The notes: a model not told the origin generated them from the sequence alone. Counted from the first letter of the stretch, positions 10,601 through 21,755 are shown. The stretch is DNA of 57,320 bases from Bacteroidales bacterium (GCA_046545795.1 JBKGZD010000001.1:1-57320), one strand, 5' to 3'. Translations and numbers: made by a program.

Positions 10601-11009
10601 CATTGAAAACCTGGTTCTGTGGTAAACTTGAATCATCATTTTCAACTGCAAGGTAATGTGTGTATTCACCTGTATATGGATTATATTTATTCAAACCATT
10701 ATTTGTTGCAATCCAAATATTTCCGCTATCCGATTCCATTAAATGATTGATTGTATTATTTGATATAGTCTTCTGAGCAGAAGAGCTTTGTTTAATGGAA
10801 GTAAATTTGTACCCATCATATCTGTTTAAACCATCTTGTGTTCCAACCCAAAGAAAACCACGTGAATCATGAAGGAGACAAGTAATATTTGATTGCGAAA
10901 GACCATCTTTTACATCAAATGACTTTGTATGAGCTAATTGTGCAATGGACAAAGTAGTTCCAAGAAAATAAAGGAACATTCCCACTAATATTTGATGCCT
11001 GAGCTTCAT
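7698..11009 (-). CDS. Periplasmic two-component-regulator propeller + Y_Y_Y sensor fused through one TM helix to a PP2C/SpoIIE-family phosphatase
   Basis: 1103-aa ORF. Signal peptide (LGTTLSIA|QLAH). Many 'W.GT..GL..Y/F' Reg_prop repeats. Y_Y_Y-like segment (QYAYMLEGLEEHWVQ...LAPGKYRLRVKGTNNDGVW). TM helix (LAFVVYFVLIIALIFLIIRW) and a coiled coil. PP2C motifs SGDFYW, VVDCTGHGVPGAFMS, FTDGYADQFG and VDDVLVVGF. Confidence 0.85.
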   Translation of the reverse strand: MKLRHQILVGMFLYFLGTTLSIAQLAHTKSFDVKDGLSQSNITCLLHDSRGFLWVGTQDGLNRYDGYKFTSIKQSSSAQKTISNNTINHLMESDSGNIWIATNNGLNKYNPYTGEYTHYLAVENDDSSLPQNQVFNVYQDSEGTIWVKTLQYFSRLDTKTGKFSNYKHFNDYFNYFDGINNFPIIEDNKGHIWVGTKDGLNYFDKELEIFKRFYHRPEDKNTLSDNRITHIYQDQQNNFWIATANGLNLFNPDNEIFKRFFVDEPSGDENIPSNFINVIHEDDEGVLWVGTEGGAFIFDRDEEEFNPASDYFDIDNRLLNASVRTISQGRSKLLWMGGLQGLLKLQKQLKDFRLYKNDHTGEPLFGDNIVSSIFKENKERIWVGTWTSGLYWLNPNTLETRHFSEENSLLPDNNIHSFYKDSKERLWIGTQNGVVYYDLENQHFSAIENSQIENVFENNRIYSIDESKNNDLWFATRNGLHVLNNSEQQLKSYFNTSCNNSLSSNQVYDVLIDSDSNIWVATDNGLNKYNEEKDNFSLYSKTGINCDSCLLNNEIISLYEDSTGNLWVGTTGGLHKFDKRTEKFNAYTEEDGLPNNFIYAMLEDDHSNLWISTNLGVSKFNPVSDQFSNYTIYDGLQNYEFNHLAAHKSYDGEYFFGGIEGINAFYPDSIQKSSYIPEIVITSVEVIADEEINRYELFGTDTIHVPYKHNLLTLEFSSLDLAEPSKNQYAYMLEGLEEHWVQIGNRRYATFSRLAPGKYRLRVKGTNNDGVWNENGASLYIIVETPFWRTELAFVVYFVLIIALIFLIIRWRTQRLRKANQELKEKEVIAKQVAKQKEELSIKNKNITDSLIYAKRIQESMLPTANSFWNMLENSFILYKPKDIVSGDFYWINRVENKLFVAVVDCTGHGVPGAFMSIIGVELLNNITSEQKVMEPDKILYDLNKGISMTLSNTDGDKQSYIRDGMDVALCVIDDEKKQLEFAGAFRPLYLLRDNKIEEIRGDRFSVGMLEYSMEHTEISKKVIDMRDDDTVYLFTDGYADQFGGPESKKFKYRRFRHLLLTIHKLPMNQQKEYLEKSFLDWKGNQEQVDDVLVVGFRLNNNS

Positions 11010-11194
11010 TAAAACACTTTTACAATGTGATTCCCATTTCTCAAGTTCTGAGATGACTCAATTATTTAATAAATTAAAAGTCACTGCCCGAAATTTGCTA
11101 AAAGCCCTCTACGCTATCTGAAGAAGATTTTAGTTACTACAGATAACAATTCAACCAATTTAATAATCTATGTAATTATTATATTAAACTAATA

Positions 11195-11236
11195 CGAAAA
11201 AGAAGGATAGAGGATACTATTTTATTCCCCTATCCT
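11195..11236 (-). terminator. Rho-independent terminator downstream of eno
   Basis: Minus-strand RNA AGGAUAGGGG-(13-nt loop)-CCUCUAUCCU forms a 10-bp stem with one G.U pair, followed by UCUUUUUCG. It starts 10 nt after the eno stop. Confidence 0.55.
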
Positions 11237-11245
11237 ATGTATAAT

Positions 11246-12550
<1,305 letters not shown>

Positions 12551-12581
12551 TTAAAAAAGAGTTTTAAACCTTATAACATAC

Positions 12582-12611
12582 CAAATTTATTCAATATTAT
12601 TTATTATTCAA
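12582..12611 (-). promoter_or_regulatory. Candidate Bacteroidota sigma-A promoter for eno (TTG-N19-TAAATTTG)
   Basis: On the minus strand, TTG, a 19-nt spacer, then TAAATTTG, which matches the TAnnTTTG -7 consensus. It sits about 50 nt upstream of the eno ATG. This is a motif match only. Confidence 0.3.
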
Positions 12612-12633
12612 TATAAACACAAAATTTATGAGT

Positions 12634-12674
12634 TAAAAAAACGGGATAACAAAATTTTGTCACCCCGTTTTTTC
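12634..12674 (-). terminator. Rho-independent terminator ending the ribosomal-protein/rpoA/rplQ transcription unit
   Basis: Minus-strand RNA ACGGGGUGAC-AAAAUUUU-GUUAUCCCGU forms a stem of about 10 bp including G.U pairs, followed by U7. It starts about 30 nt after the rplQ stop. Confidence 0.65.
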
Positions 12675-12699
12675 AACAGCTATTCGTTATGTTGGTGTC

Positions 12700-13383
12700 T
12701 TATTCAGTCTTTGGCTTTTCCTGGTCTCCGGGTCCTTTTTTATCCTCTTTATCCTCTGAACTTGTATTGTTCTTATTATCTTCTTTCTCCTCTTTTTTTG
12801 CCTCAGTATTATCTGCTTCACTTTTTGTTTCAGCCTTCGTCTCTTTCGGAACCTCACTTTGAGATTGGCTTTCTGTTTTTGCACCTTCTTTTTCTTCAGT
12901 TTGGTCATTAGTTTCAGCTGCTACCTGCGTTTCGTCAGGTGTCTGTTTCTTTTTTCCACCTCCCCCTCTTCTGCGACGTCGTTTTGAAGACTTGGTTTTT
13001 GATTCAGATTCAAGGGAATAATTCTCATTATAATCTACAAGTTCAATAAAACACATCTCAGCATTGTCACCTAACCGGTTTCCAGTTTTCAATATTCTTG
13101 TATATCCTCCAGGTCTGTCAGAAACTTTCTCAGCAACATCTCTGAAAAGTTCAGCAACTGCCTCTTTATTCTTCAAGTATTTGAAAACGATTCTCCTGGA
13201 GTGTGTTTTATCATCCTTTGCTTTAGTTATAAGCGGCTCCACATATGTTCTCAACGCTTTAGCTTTTGCCGTTGTAGTTTTAATTCTTTTATGTAGAATT
13301 AAGGATGATGCCATGTTAGATAACATAGCTTTCCTATGTGCACTTGTTCTGCTTAAATGATTAATTTTTTTTCCGTGTCTCAT
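12700..13383 (-). CDS. rplQ: 50S ribosomal protein L17 (bL17) with a charged C-terminal extension of about 100 aa
   Basis: The N-terminal ~125 aa ([25 protein letters not shown]...) is canonical L17 and the gene is last in the alpha operon. The tail is rich in K, E, T and S and contains [12 protein letters not shown]. Confidence 0.93.
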   Translation of the reverse strand: MRHGKKINHLSRTSAHRKAMLSNMASSLILHKRIKTTTAKAKALRTYVEPLITKAKDDKTHSRRIVFKYLKNKEAVAELFRDVAEKVSDRPGGYTRILKTGNRLGDNAEMCFIELVDYNENYSLESESKTKSSKRRRRRGGGGKKKQTPDETQVAAETNDQTEEKEGAKTESQSQSEVPKETKAETKSEADNTEAKKEEKEDNKNNTSSEDKEDKKGPGDQEKPKTE

Positions 13384-13388
13384 TGCAT

Positions 13389-14384
13389 TTACTCTTTGTC
13401 TAATTTATACTTAGAAACATCCATACCAAAACTCAGATTCATCTTATCTAATAATTCGTCTAATTCAGCGAGTGATTTTTTACCAAAATTTCTGAATTTC
13501 AGAAGGTCATTCTTATTATATTGTACTAAATCACCAAGTGTTTCAACTTCTGCAGCTTTTAGACAATTTAAAGCTCTGACTGATAAATCAAGGTCTACAA
13601 GCTTTGTCTTGAGTAATTGTCTCATATGCAAAGCCTCTTCATCAAATTCGTCTGATCCGTATTTTTCTTCTGTATCGAGGGTTATTTTTTCGTCTGAGAA
13701 TAACATCAAGTGGTATATCAAGATCTTTGCAGCTTCTTTAAGTGCATCCTTGGGGTGTATTGAACCATCTGTCTGAATATCAAAAAGAAGTTTTTCAAAA
13801 TCTGTTTTTTGCTCTACCCGGTAGTTCTCAACAGTATATTTTACATTTTTAATAGGTGTAAAAATGGAGTCAATAGCAATCATACCAACAGGATCATCCT
13901 CGGATATATTTTCCTCGCTTTGTACATAACCCCGGCCTTTATCAACATGGATCTCCATTTGTAATTTTACATCAGGCTCCATAGTGCAAATAAGGAGATC
14001 GTTATTAATAACCTCAAAATTATTTAGAAAATTGTTCAGGTCTCCGGCTTTGAATTCATTTTTCCCGCTAAGAGTAACATTTAGTTTTTCACCATTCACT
14101 GCGTCATCAGCAACCTGTTTAAATCTAACCTGTTTCAGATTAAGAATAATTTCATTCACATCCTCAATTACACCTGTAATAGTAGAAAATTCGTGTTCGA
14201 CACCTTCAATTTTTACTTTTGTAATTGCAAATCCTTCCAATGAGGATAAAAGGACTCTCCTTAGAGCATTACCTACAGTAATACCATACCCTGGTTCCAA
14301 AGGACGAAACTCAAAAGTTCCCTGAGTTTCATCTGATTCTATCATAATAACCTTTTCAGGCTTTTGAAATTCTAGTAATGCCAT
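13389..14384 (-). CDS. rpoA: DNA-directed RNA polymerase subunit alpha
   Basis: 331-aa ORF with a recognisable RpoA N-terminal domain ([20 protein letters not shown]) and C-terminal domain ([10 protein letters not shown]). Confidence 0.97.
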   Translation of the reverse strand: MALLEFQKPEKVIMIESDETQGTFEFRPLEPGYGITVGNALRRVLLSSLEGFAITKVKIEGVEHEFSTITGVIEDVNEIILNLKQVRFKQVADDAVNGEKLNVTLSGKNEFKAGDLNNFLNNFEVINNDLLICTMEPDVKLQMEIHVDKGRGYVQSEENISEDDPVGMIAIDSIFTPIKNVKYTVENYRVEQKTDFEKLLFDIQTDGSIHPKDALKEAAKILIYHLMLFSDEKITLDTEEKYGSDEFDEEALHMRQLLKTKLVDLDLSVRALNCLKAAEVETLGDLVQYNKNDLLKFRNFGKKSLAELDELLDKMNLSFGMDVSKYKLDKE

Positions 14385-14401
14385 AAATAATAAATATTAA
14401 A

Positions 14402-15010
14402 TTATTTAGAATATAATTCTACAATCAATTGTTCTTTTATACGCTCTGGAATGTCTTCTCTTTCAGGTGCGTTAAGGAATTTTCCTGCCATCTTGCTATC
14501 ATCCCATTCCAACCATGAATAACTTGAAACGTTTGAGGAATTTAGTGAATCTGTAATAGCTTCCAATGATTTAGATTTTTCCCTTACTCCCACAATATCA
14601 CCTTCTTTAACCTGGTAAGAAGGAATATTAACCACTTTATCATTAACTAAGATATGTCTATGGGAAACCAACTGTCTTGCTGCACGTCGGGAGGGAGCAA
14701 CTCCTAAACGAAAAACAACATTATCCAGTCTAGATTCAAGTAATTTCAGCAAATTCTCCCCTGTAATTCCTTTACTTTGAGACGCTTTCATAAAAGTATT
14801 ATAAAACTGACGTTCCAGCAGTCCGTAAGTCGCTTTTGCTTTCTGTTTTTCAAGTAACTGTACACCGTATTCAGAAAGTTTCCTTCTTTTTTTACTAGCA
14901 CCATGCTGTCCTGGTGGATAATTTTTCTTTTCAAAAAACTTATCCGGTCCGAAAATTGGCGATCCCACCTTTCTGGCAATCTTTGATTTTGGTCCTCTAT
15001 ATCTAGCCAT
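14402..15010 (-). CDS. rpsD: 30S ribosomal protein S4
   Basis: Canonical S4 start [14 protein letters not shown] at the internal ATG at 15010. The tracked ORF start at 15073 would overlap rpsK. Confidence 0.93.
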   Translation of the reverse strand: MARYRGPKSKIARKVGSPIFGPDKFFEKKNYPPGQHGASKKRRKLSEYGVQLLEKQKAKATYGLLERQFYNTFMKASQSKGITGENLLKLLESRLDNVVFRLGVAPSRRAARQLVSHRHILVNDKVVNIPSYQVKEGDIVGVREKSKSLEAITDSLNSSNVSSYSWLEWDDSKMAGKFLNAPEREDIPERIKEQLIVELYSK

Positions 15011-15038
15011 ATTTAAATATTTTTCTTCATTAAAAAAA

Positions 15039-15431
15039 TTAAACTCTTCTTCTTTTTGGAGGTCGGCAACCATTATGCGGTAAAGGTGTTACATCAATAA
15101 TTTCAGTAACCTGAATACCTGCATTATTAATGGTTCGGATAGCTGATTCTCTTCCTGCGCCGGGACCTTTAACATATACTTTTGCTTTTCGCATTCCCAA
15201 ATCATATGCAACCTTTGCAGCATCTTCAGCGGCTACCTGGGCAGCATAAGGAGTATTTTTCTTTGAACCTTTAAATCCCATTTTCCCAGAGGATGCCCAG
15301 GAAATTACTTGTCCGTTACCATTTGTCAGGGTAATAATCACGTTATTAAATGAAGCTTGTATATGAGCCTGCCCTGTAGGTTCAACATTAACTTTCTTTT
15401 TCCTGGTTACTTTACTACGTTGTTTTGCCAT
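15039..15431 (-). CDS. rpsK: 30S ribosomal protein S11
   Basis: 130-aa ORF with canonical S11 sequence and conserved operon position. Confidence 0.96.
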   Translation of the reverse strand: MAKQRSKVTRKKKVNVEPTGQAHIQASFNNVIITLTNGNGQVISWASSGKMGFKGSKKNTPYAAQVAAEDAAKVAYDLGMRKAKVYVKGPGAGRESAIRTINNAGIQVTEIIDVTPLPHNGCRPPKRRRV

Positions 15432-15440
15432 AATTATTAA

Positions 15441-15818
15441 TTATTTAACAGCTTTCTTCTTGTTTGCAACAGTTTTCTTTCTTCCCTTTCGTGTACGTGC
15501 ATTATTCCGCGTGGATTGTCCACGCACCGGCATTCCAGTACGATGCCTTATACCGCGATAACAACCAATATCCATAAGTCTTTTGATATTCATAGACACC
15601 TCAGAGCGTAACGATCCTTCAACCTTATATTCATCGTTGATTATTCGCCTGATAGCGGCAATATGATCGTCAGTCCAATCTTTAACTTTGATATTCTTAT
15701 CAATATTCGCCTCTTCCATAATTTTTGAGGCAGTACTTGCGCCTATTCCATAAATATATGTCAGGGCAATAACTCCTCTTTTGTTCTTTGGTAAATCTAC
15801 TCCAACTATTCTAGCCAT
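15441..15818 (-). CDS. rpsM: 30S ribosomal protein S13
   Basis: 125-aa ORF starting [10 protein letters not shown]; canonical S13. Confidence 0.96.
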   Translation of the reverse strand: MARIVGVDLPKNKRGVIALTYIYGIGASTASKIMEEANIDKNIKVKDWTDDHIAAIRRIINDEYKVEGSLRSEVSMNIKRLMDIGCYRGIRHRTGMPVRGQSTRNNARTRKGRKKTVANKKKAVK

Positions 15819-15852
15819 ATTTTTTTAAAATTTGAGTGCAAAATTAAAAATA

Positions 15853-15969
15853 TTATCCTTGCCTTTGTTTAAACTTAGGATTTTTTTTGTTTATAACGTA
15901 CAAACGTCCTTTTCTTCGTACGATTTTGCAATCGCTGCTTCTCTTTTTAACCGATGCTTTTACTTTCAT
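15853..15969 (-). CDS. rpmJ: 50S ribosomal protein L36 (single-Cys, non-zinc type)
   Basis: Not in the ORF track because it is shorter than 60 aa. Hand translation of the minus strand gives [38 protein letters not shown]. It lies between infA and rpsM, as expected. Confidence 0.9.
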   Translation of the reverse strand: MKVKASVKKRSSDCKIVRRKGRLYVINKKNPKFKQRQG

Positions 15970-15982
15970 TTTTATTTCGTTT

Positions 15983-16201
15983 TTATTTATATCTATATGT
16001 TATACGGCCTCTTGATAAATCATATGGTGACATTTCAACTTTCACTTTATCTCCAGGCAAAATTTTAATATAATGCATTCTCATTTTACCTGAGATATGA
16101 GCTGTAATAATATGTCCATTTTCAAGCTCAACCCTAAACATTGCATTTGAAAGTGCTTCTACAATAGTACCGTCTTGTTCTATCGATGGTTGTTTAGCCA
16201 T
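15983..16201 (-). CDS. infA: Translation initiation factor IF-1
   Basis: 72-aa ORF with canonical IF-1 (S1-like) sequence. Confidence 0.96.
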   Translation of the reverse strand: MAKQPSIEQDGTIVEALSNAMFRVELENGHIITAHISGKMRMHYIKILPGDKVKVEMSPYDLSRGRITYRYK

Positions 16202-16213
16202 AATTACTTTATA

Positions 16214-16990
16214 TTAATTTATTTGTTGTTCTTTATCAATATAATCAAAAGTGGATAAAAGATCTGCTTCCCCATTTCTAATAGCAACAGCTAATTCATA
16301 ATGTGCTGAATATTTTCCATCTATAGTACGTATTGTCCATCCGTCTGTATCCTGCTTAATGCTCCTACTACCCATATTAATCATTGGTTCAATACAAATA
16401 ACTGTACCCTCTTTCAATTTAACGCCTCGCCCCCTTTTTCCATAATTGGGAATTTCTGGGGATTCATGCATATTCGCTCCTAAACCATGGCCGACCATCT
16501 CCCTAACAACAGAAAATCCTTCCTTTTCGACATGATACTGAATTGCATAACCTATATCACCAACGCGATAATTAGCTACAGCATTTTCAATCCCTTTAAA
16601 CAGTGATTCCTTTGTTATTCGTAACAATCTTTCTACTTCGGCACTAACTTCACCGACCTTGAAAGTATAAGCAGAATCACCGTAATATCCATTCATTATT
16701 GTTCCACAGTCAATAGAGATAATATCACCTTCCCGCAGTCCATAATCTGATGGTATTCCATGTACCACTGCATCGTTGACAGAAGTACATAATGTATTTG
16801 GGAAACCACCATACCCTAAAAAACCGGGTTCCGCTCCATGATCTCGAATGTACTCTTCAGCAAATTTATCTAACTTCAGAGTAGTTACGCCAGGTTTTAT
16901 TAATTTACTCAATTCCCCTAACGTTTTTGAGACCAATAAATTATTCTCACGTAAAACCTCTATTTCTTCTGCAGTTTTTATTTTCAGCAT
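16214..16990 (-). CDS. map: Type I methionine aminopeptidase
   Basis: 258-aa ORF with metal-ligand context (DIISIDCG, GYYGDSA, VGHGLG, EPM) and the expected position after secY. Confidence 0.94.
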   Translation of the reverse strand: MLKIKTAEEIEVLRENNLLVSKTLGELSKLIKPGVTTLKLDKFAEEYIRDHGAEPGFLGYGGFPNTLCTSVNDAVVHGIPSDYGLREGDIISIDCGTIMNGYYGDSAYTFKVGEVSAEVERLLRITKESLFKGIENAVANYRVGDIGYAIQYHVEKEGFSVVREMVGHGLGANMHESPEIPNYGKRGRGVKLKEGTVICIEPMINMGSRSIKQDTDGWTIRTIDGKYSAHYELAVAIRNGEADLLSTFDYIDKEQQIN

Positions 16991-17006
16991 GCAAAGAACT
17001 TCAAAT

Positions 17007-18347
17007 TTATATTACTGATGCACCACCAGCCCTTCCTTTAATCCGGCCACTCTTCATAAGTCCATCATAATGTCTCATGAGCAGATGGCTTTCAATTTGC
17101 TGTAGTGTATCTAAAACTACACCCACAAGAATCAACAATGATGTTCCACCATAAAACTGAGCCCATTGGGTATTAATTCCCGCCATCATAGCAAAAGATG
17201 GTAATATGGCTATTAAGGCCAGGAATAAGGACCCAGGGAACGTAATTCGTGACATAATCCTGTCTAAAAACTCAACAGTTTTTCTTCCGGGTTTTACGCC
17301 CGGTATAAATCCCCCGTTCTTTTTCATATCTTCTGCCATCTGAGAAGGATTTATGGTAATTGCTGTATAAAAGTAGGTAAATAATATTACCATAACCGCA
17401 AAAGTAAAATTATACCAGAAGCCTGTAAAATCGGAAAATGCAGATGCAAAACCTGTTAAAGCATCTGAATCTGCAAAACCTGCTATGGTTATTGGAACAA
17501 ACATTAAAGCCTGAGCAAAAATAATTGGCATAACTCCTGCGGAATTAACCTTAAGTGGTATATATTGCCTTACGCCACCATATTGCTTATTACCTACTAT
17601 TCTTTTAGCATACTGGACCGGTATTTTCCGGGTTCCCTGTACTAATAGTATTGTAGCAACAAATACGAAAAAGAGTATTATCATTTCAAGAAGGAATGCA
17701 ACCAAACCTCCACCTTGTTCTTCCAATCGTGAAATAAATTCTGAAAACAATGCATACGGCAGGTTTGCAATAATTCCAATCATAATAATTAATGAAATAC
17801 CATTTCCAATACCTCTATCTGTAATCCTTTCACCCAGCCACATAATAAACATTGAACCGGCAGCCAATATTATCACAGAAGAGATCCAGAAAAACGATCC
17901 TTCTAAAACAAATGCAGTTTCAGGCACTTGTACCTGTAAATTTTTAAGATAAGAAGGAGCTTGGATAACAAGGATAGCAAGAGTTAAATACCTTGTTATT
18001 TGATTAATTTTTCTCCTTCCGCTTTCTCCTTCACGCTGCAACCGTTGAAAATAGGGAACTGCGATACCCAGCAACTGAATAACAATAGAGGCTGAAATAT
18101 AGGGCATAATTCCTAATGCAAAAATAGAAGCATTTGCAAAAGCACCACCTGAAAACATATTAAGCAATCCCAATACTCCTTCTGAAGTCTGTTGTTCTAA
18201 TGCAGAAAGCTGATTGGGGTCTATACCTGGTAAAACAATAAAACTTCCTAAGCGGTATATTAACAAGATACTTAATGTAAAGAGAATCCTTTTCTTCAAG
18301 TCTTCTATCTTCCAAATATTTTTTAAAGTATTTATAAATGCCCTCAT
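17007..18347 (-). CDS. secY: Preprotein translocase subunit SecY
   Basis: 446-aa polytopic membrane protein with canonical SecY sequence and position. Confidence 0.96.
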   Translation of the reverse strand: MRAFINTLKNIWKIEDLKKRILFTLSILLIYRLGSFIVLPGIDPNQLSALEQQTSEGVLGLLNMFSGGAFANASIFALGIMPYISASIVIQLLGIAVPYFQRLQREGESGRRKINQITRYLTLAILVIQAPSYLKNLQVQVPETAFVLEGSFFWISSVIILAAGSMFIMWLGERITDRGIGNGISLIIMIGIIANLPYALFSEFISRLEEQGGGLVAFLLEMIILFFVFVATILLVQGTRKIPVQYAKRIVGNKQYGGVRQYIPLKVNSAGVMPIIFAQALMFVPITIAGFADSDALTGFASAFSDFTGFWYNFTFAVMVILFTYFYTAITINPSQMAEDMKKNGGFIPGVKPGRKTVEFLDRIMSRITFPGSLFLALIAILPSFAMMAGINTQWAQFYGGTSLLILVGVVLDTLQQIESHLLMRHYDGLMKSGRIKGRAGGASVI

Positions 18348-18354
18348 TGCAATA

Positions 18355-18801
18355 TTATAGTTTTACTACGTTTCCTTCTTTTGATTCTATAGCTTCCTGT
18401 GCTTTCTTTGAAAAAGCATGCGCTTTTACTTCTAATTTTTTAGTAATTTCTCCGTCTCCTAAAATTTTTATAAGGCTGCCTTTTTTTGCCAATCCGGCTT
18501 TATATAAAGTATCCACGTCAATTGTGTCCAGATTTTTTTCATCTGCAATTTTCTGGATAATGCTCAGGTTAATTCCCTTATACTCTTTTCTGTTTATGTT
18601 TTTAAATCCATATTTTGGAACCCGTCTGTGTAGTGGCATTTGTCCACCTTCAAAACCAAGTTTTCGGGAATACCCACTTCTTGATTTTGCACCTTTATGA
18701 CCGCGTGTTGCAGTTCCTCCTTTACCGGAGCCTTCGCCACGTCCTTTGCGAATATTGTTCCTTACCGAATTAGGTGCTGGTTTTAGATTGCTTAAGTCCA
18801 T
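18355..18801 (-). CDS. rplO: 50S ribosomal protein L15
   Basis: 148-aa ORF with a Gly/Lys-rich N-terminus (GRGEGSGKGGTATRGHKG) typical of L15. Confidence 0.95.
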   Translation of the reverse strand: MDLSNLKPAPNSVRNNIRKGRGEGSGKGGTATRGHKGAKSRSGYSRKLGFEGGQMPLHRRVPKYGFKNINRKEYKGINLSIIQKIADEKNLDTIDVDTLYKAGLAKKGSLIKILGDGEITKKLEVKAHAFSKKAQEAIESKEGNVVKL

Positions 18802-18823
18802 ATCTTTTAAGAATTATATTCTT

Positions 18824-19006
18824 TTATTTTACTTCTTCAACTTCTATTAAATGCTTCACTTTATTTATCATTCCAGATATTTGAGGATTTTCTTCAACCT
18901 CAACAGAATGATTTATCTTTTTCAAGCCAAGAGCTTCAAGTGTTCGTTTTTGCCTCTTTGTGCTTCCTATTTTACTTTTAACTTGCGTAACCTTTAGTTT
19001 AGCCAT
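18824..19006 (-). CDS. rpmD: 50S ribosomal protein L30
   Basis: The internal start [11 protein letters not shown] at 19006 gives a canonical 60-aa L30. The tracked start at 19045 overlaps rpsE. Confidence 0.9.
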   Translation of the reverse strand: MAKLKVTQVKSKIGSTKRQKRTLEALGLKKINHSVEVEENPQISGMINKVKHLIEVEEVK

Positions 19007-19022
19007 GGTAATCAATATTATC

Positions 19023-19544
19023 TTATCCGTTAAAAACTTTTTCAAGATTAATGTTTCTTTGTTCGGCTATTGTATAAGCATCTCTCATATCCAACAAAGC
19101 ATTAATGGTACCTTTTACCTGATTATGAGGATTACTAGACCCTTTTGATTTAGCAAGTAAATCAGTAATACCGACGCTTTCAAGTACAATACGCATTGCA
19201 CCACCTGCTTTTACTCCAGTACCATGCGCTGCTGGTTTCATAAAAATGTGAGCACCTGAATATTTATATTCAATTTCATGAGGTATAGTTCCTTTTATAA
19301 TGGGTACTTTTACCAGGTTTTTCTTAGCTGCTTCAACACCCTTAGCTATAGCTGTTGTAACTTCTTTAGCCTTTCCAAGGCCATAACCTACTATACCATT
19401 TTCATTACCTACGACTACAAGGGCTGTAAAGCCAAACTGTCGACCACCTTTGGTTACTTTAGTAACACGGTTTATGCTTACCAGGCGGTCTTTCAAATCT
19501 AAATCGCTGGTTTTTACCTTTTTAATATTAGTTTCTTTTGGCAT
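19023..19544 (-). CDS. rpsE: 30S ribosomal protein S5
   Basis: 173-aa ORF with canonical S5 sequence. Confidence 0.96.
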   Translation of the reverse strand: MPKETNIKKVKTSDLDLKDRLVSINRVTKVTKGGRQFGFTALVVVGNENGIVGYGLGKAKEVTTAIAKGVEAAKKNLVKVPIIKGTIPHEIEYKYSGAHIFMKPAAHGTGVKAGGAMRIVLESVGITDLLAKSKGSSNPHNQVKGTINALLDMRDAYTIAEQRNINLEKVFNG

Positions 19545-19549
19545 AATAT

Positions 19550-19912
19550 TTAAAATTTAAGTCCTTCCTTTCTGGCAGCATCAGCTAACTTTTTAATGCG
19601 GCCATGATAACGATAACCATTACGGTCAAAAACTACATTTTTAATCCCCTTTTCCAAAGATTTTTGCGCAGCAAATTTACCAACCTCTGCTGCTTGCTCA
19701 GATTTTTTTAAGTCAGGGGCCTTTTCAGCAACTTCCTTATTTTTAGATGAGTAAGCCAATAATGTATGAGCCTTTTCATCATCTATAAACTGAACATAAA
19801 TATGTTTATTACTCCTAAAGACAGACATACGTGGTTTATCACTTGTACCACTAATTTTTTTTCTGACACGTTTTTTTATTCTAAACCTTCTATCCTTTTT
19901 CGTTAAGGCCAT
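19550..19912 (-). CDS. rplR: 50S ribosomal protein L18
   Basis: 120-aa ORF with canonical L18 sequence. Confidence 0.95.
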   Translation of the reverse strand: MALTKKDRRFRIKKRVRKKISGTSDKPRMSVFRSNKHIYVQFIDDEKAHTLLAYSSKNKEVAEKAPDLKKSEQAAEVGKFAAQKSLEKGIKNVVFDRNGYRYHGRIKKLADAARKEGLKF

Positions 19913-19932
19913 GAGTTTTCTTTTTAATAAGT

Positions 19933-20484
19933 TTATACATTTCCGGCTTTTCCAGCTTTACGCCTAATCCATTCGCCAACATATCTTATTCCTTTTCCTT
20001 TATAAGGTTCTGGTGGTCTTAAGGCTCTAATCTTAGCGGCAACCATTCCCAGAAGTTCCTTATCGTGGCTAGTTAAAGTCACTTTTGGATTACTTCGTCG
20101 TTCCGTTTTAGCTTCAACGTTTATTTCTTCTGGTATTTCAAAGTGTATTGAGTGCGAGTAACCAACATTCATTTCAAGAATTTGTCCTTTTGATTCAGCT
20201 CTAAACCCAACACCTTCAAACTCAAGCTGAATTTCGTACCCTTTTGAAACACCTTCAACCATATTATTGATTAAAGACCGATATAATCCATGAAGAGATT
20301 TATACTTCTTTATATCAGAGGAACGTGTGACTTTTACTTCCTGATCTTCTACTTCAATATTGATAGCAGGGTCAACTTTTCTTTTAAGCTCACCTTTGGG
20401 TCCTTTAACATGGACTTCATTGTCGTTAACTGTTACGTTAACACCTTCTGGTATTTGTACTGGTAATAAACCTATACGTGACAT
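19933..20484 (-). CDS. rplF: 50S ribosomal protein L6
   Basis: 183-aa ORF starting MSRIG..PV.IP.GV; canonical L6. Confidence 0.95.
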   Translation of the reverse strand: MSRIGLLPVQIPEGVNVTVNDNEVHVKGPKGELKRKVDPAINIEVEDQEVKVTRSSDIKKYKSLHGLYRSLINNMVEGVSKGYEIQLEFEGVGFRAESKGQILEMNVGYSHSIHFEIPEEINVEAKTERRSNPKVTLTSHDKELLGMVAAKIRALRPPEPYKGKGIRYVGEWIRRKAGKAGNV

Positions 20485-20499
20485 CTAATTTCCTCCATT

Positions 20500-20901
20500 T
20501 TAATGTACATAACACAATACTTCACCACCCACATTCAACTTCTTTGCTTCTTTATCAGTAATCACTCCTTTAGAGGTGGATAATATAGCAATTCCCAAAC
20601 CATTCAGGACTCTAGGTATTGTCCTTGTATCAACGTATTTTCTTAACCCCGGTTTACTGACTCTCTGGAGTGACCTTATTGCAGGTTCTTTTGTTTTGGG
20701 GTGATACTTAAGGGCAATTTTTATTAATCCTTGATACCCTTCTTCGTCAAACTTATAACTTAAAATATACCCTTGATCATAGAGTATCTTCGTTATATCC
20801 TTTTTTAAGTTTGAAGCAGGCATTTCTACCACTTTATGCCCTGCCATCATTGCATTTCTTATTCTTGTTAAATAATCAGCGATTGGATCTGTAACGTTCA
20901 T
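20500..20901 (-). CDS. rpsH: 30S ribosomal protein S8
   Basis: The internal start [17 protein letters not shown] at 20901 matches the S8 N-terminus. The tracked start at 20931 overlaps rpsN. Confidence 0.92.
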   Translation of the reverse strand: MNVTDPIADYLTRIRNAMMAGHKVVEMPASNLKKDITKILYDQGYILSYKFDEEGYQGLIKIALKYHPKTKEPAIRSLQRVSKPGLRKYVDTRTIPRVLNGLGIAILSTSKGVITDKEAKKLNVGGEVLCYVH

Positions 20902-20924
20902 TCTTCCTAATCTTTTAAAATTTA

Positions 20925-21194
20925 TTACCAACTAGCTTTCTTAACACCAGGGATAAGACCTTTAGATGCCATTTCCCTGAAAGTAATTCTACTAACTCCA
21001 AATTGTCTCATATATCCTCTGGGGCGGCCAGTAATTTGACATCTATTATGCAGTCTTACCGGGCTAGAATTTCTTGGCAAACGACTTAAGCCAATGTAAT
21101 CACCTTCTGCTTTCAGCTTTTCTCGCTTTTTAGCGTATTTTTTGACCATTTTTTGTCTTTTTCTCTCTCTGGCCTTCATTGATTCTTTAGACAT
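20925..21194 (-). CDS. rpsN: 30S ribosomal protein S14 (long, non-zinc form)
   Basis: 89-aa ORF with canonical S14 sequence ending [11 protein letters not shown]. Confidence 0.95.
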   Translation of the reverse strand: MSKESMKARERKRQKMVKKYAKKREKLKAEGDYIGLSRLPRNSSPVRLHNRCQITGRPRGYMRQFGVSRITFREMASKGLIPGVKKASW

Positions 21195-21197
21195 AGC

Positions 21198-21755
21198 TTA
21201 TTCCTTTTTTAAATTTTTAAAAGGCATTCCAAATTCTCTTAATAATGCAAAACCCTCCTCATCGGTTGGAGCATTTGTAACAAAAGTGGCTTCTAAACCG
21301 ATAATTTTATGTACTTTATCCATGTTAATTTCAGGGAATATAATCTGTTCATCGATACCCAGGGAATAGTTTCCCCTTCCATCAAAGTTACTTTCAATAC
21401 CATTAAAGTCTTTTACTCGTGGTAATGCAACATTAATAAGTCGTTCAAGGAATTCATACATCCTGGTTTGCCTTAATGTCACTTTCACTCCGATAGGAGT
21501 CTCTTCACGTAACTTAAAATTAGAGATAGCTTTTTTGGAGAAAGTTTTCACAGCTTTTTGTCCTGCAATAAGAGTTAATTCTTCCTGAGCACTTTCAATT
21601 AACTTCTTATCAGCAACTGCCTCACCTACACCTTGGTTCAGAACAATTTTTTCCAAGCGTGGTACTTGCATCACAGACTTGTATTTAAATTCTTTCATCA
21701 GTGCAGGTACGATCTCCTCGTAATATCTTTTTTGTAAAACTGGCTGATAGTCCAT
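21198..21755 (-). CDS. rplE: 50S ribosomal protein L5
   Basis: 185-aa ORF with canonical L5 sequence. Its ATG overlaps the rplX stop (TAATG). Confidence 0.96.
   Translation of the reverse strand: MDYQPVLQKRYYEEIVPALMKEFKYKSVMQVPRLEKIVLNQGVGEAVADKKLIESAQEELTLIAGQKAVKTFSKKAISNFKLREETPIGVKVTLRQTRMYEFLERLINVALPRVKDFNGIESNFDGRGNYSLGIDEQIIFPEINMDKVHKIIGLEATFVTNAPTDEEGFALLREFGMPFKNLKKE

Noticed and set aside
12687-12908. 73-aa Lys/Arg-rich ORF (-) and 84-aa ORF (+) overlapping the 3' end of rplQ.
   Set aside because: These are alternative-frame read-throughs of the purine-rich low-complexity sequence that encodes the L17 tail. The L17 frame is continuous with the conserved core.
14402-15073. Longer N-terminal extensions offered by the ORF track for rpsD (15073), rpmD (19045), rpsH (20931) and infB (50413).
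   Set aside because: The extensions overlap the upstream ribosomal genes and add non-conserved residues. Internal ATGs reproduce the canonical N-termini ([31 protein letters not shown]).
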